The translations under genes and the position numbers were made by a program. The notes beneath the pieces are model-generated. The model was given only the letters and a program-made list of their open reading frames with translations. It did no database searches and was not told the origin of the DNA. Below are positions 62,911 through 64,000 of a DNA stretch of 64,000 nt, piece by piece. Within the stretch, counting starts at the first letter, position 1, and every line of letters starts with the position of its first letter. The stretch comes from Azolla caroliniana (taxonomy: Eukaryota; Plantae; Polypodiophyta): NCBI GenBank assembly GCA_043228905.1, contig JBHGNT010000004.1:22382001-22446000 (forward strand), in the 5' to 3' direction.

Positions 62911-64000
62911 TGTTACCGGCCGGCAAAGGAGTCCAGAGTGGGAAACAGAGAGCTAATTAAGTAGTAGGAATGTGGTTGTAATTAAGCTATGAGTGTGGAC
63001 GGACGGACCGGAATCGGTATGCCGTTCCGGATCCGGACCGATCCCGAACAAGTGCGGATGGCACCGTTTTGTAATACAGACCGGAAACCTATTTAAAGGC
63101 CCGGATACAATGTAATAGTTAGCGGTTAATTAATGAAAGCTTAAGCGTTGTTATCTCTCTGTGTTAATTGCCGTTCTGTCTTAATTGTTATATCTTAGGC
63201 GTGTTATTAAAGACGATCCTAATAAGTAACTTAACTAAGTCGGATTAAGCGTTGAAGTCTAATCCGGTTGCCGTAACACCCTTTGGTGAAGTGTCTCACG
63301 TAGACACCCTGTGTTAGGCCATTGTCTGACCCGAAGAGTTAACACAGTTTTTGGCGACCACGATTCCTGTTTTTGCAGCGAATGACGGCACGGATGGATG
63401 TCTAGATCAACGCACGACCTGGTTACAGATCGAACTCGACGCCTTGCTGAAAGGCAAAGGAGACGCCAGGCTTTCCAGCAAGCGGCGTAGGAAATTAGAG
63501 CGTATCGCTCGTTTTCCAACGTAATCCGGAGAGTAGCGGAGGACTCCCTCTGGTTACAGCAAACATCGCACCCGGACGACGACAGCAGCCTAAGCAGCCT
63601 CCGGGAAACCGAATCCCTTCTCCACGCGTTGGCAAACGGAGAAGGCGAAGCAGAGGCCTTTTCAGCATATGAATCGGACTCCGAAGGGGAATACAGCGTG
63701 CACACGAACTACCGTAGAAGTAACGAAACCTCGGGCGGACCGGAGGACGAAGGATAAGATACCTTACCGACACCGGAACCGGAAGTGCTAACGCTGGAAC
63801 CCCCGGAACCAGCAGAAGAAGAACGACCTCCGACACCGGAAGTCGAAGAGGAGAGGCCTTCGTCACCAAAGGAAGAGAAACAACCAACACCGGAATCAAA
63901 TCGGGAAAGAACACCGACACCGGAGAAAATTCCGGAACGAGCACCAACACTACCAGCCCGCGCATCGATACCGGACGACGACATGCCGTTCCAGTACTCC
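62911..64000 (+). mobile_element. 5' end of a further LTR retrotransposon (LTR about 62911-63344, tRNA-Arg-like PBS, degenerate Glu/Pro-rich ORF)
   Basis: TGTTAC...TTAACA ends. TATTTAAA near 63090. TGGCGACCAC at 63352. The reading frame from ATG 63398 runs off the window with two TAG/TAA stops. Confidence 0.7.

Noticed and set aside
60289-63760. In-frame stops as candidates for readthrough or U-to-C editing
   Set aside because: Most fit ordinary decay of methylated nuclear TEs (CAG to TAG, CGA to TGA). U-to-C editing is organellar.

Overview
Eukaryotic nuclear DNA from a land plant. It is probably a non-seed vascular plant such as a fern, inferred from the Tcn1-type chromoviruses, a tRNA-Trp-primed non-chromoviral gypsy element, a PLS-PPR gene and a VNS-NAC gene. 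A gene island of about 35 kb (9.7-43.9 kb) holds five genes: plastid carB (3 exons), a P-class PPR (2 exons), WDR36/UTP21 (16 exons), a VND/NST/SMB-type NAC factor (3 exons) and an intronless PLS-class PPR. Nested LTR retrotransposons flank the island. On the left, a full-length chromovirus sits inside a same-family copy (TSD GTCAT). On the right is a stack of a second chromovirus, solo LTRs, two copia elements and two further gypsy elements. The most striking unexplained signal is a tRNA-like cassette (A box plus B box at tRNA spacing), always antisense, in the U3 of three different LTR families. Also visible are covarying Tf1-type self-priming sites, -1 frameshift signals, a possible 4-bp GCGT target preference, and a higher-order 53-bp tandem array ending about 27 bp before the NAC start codon. 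All coordinates were read by eye and no database searches were run.
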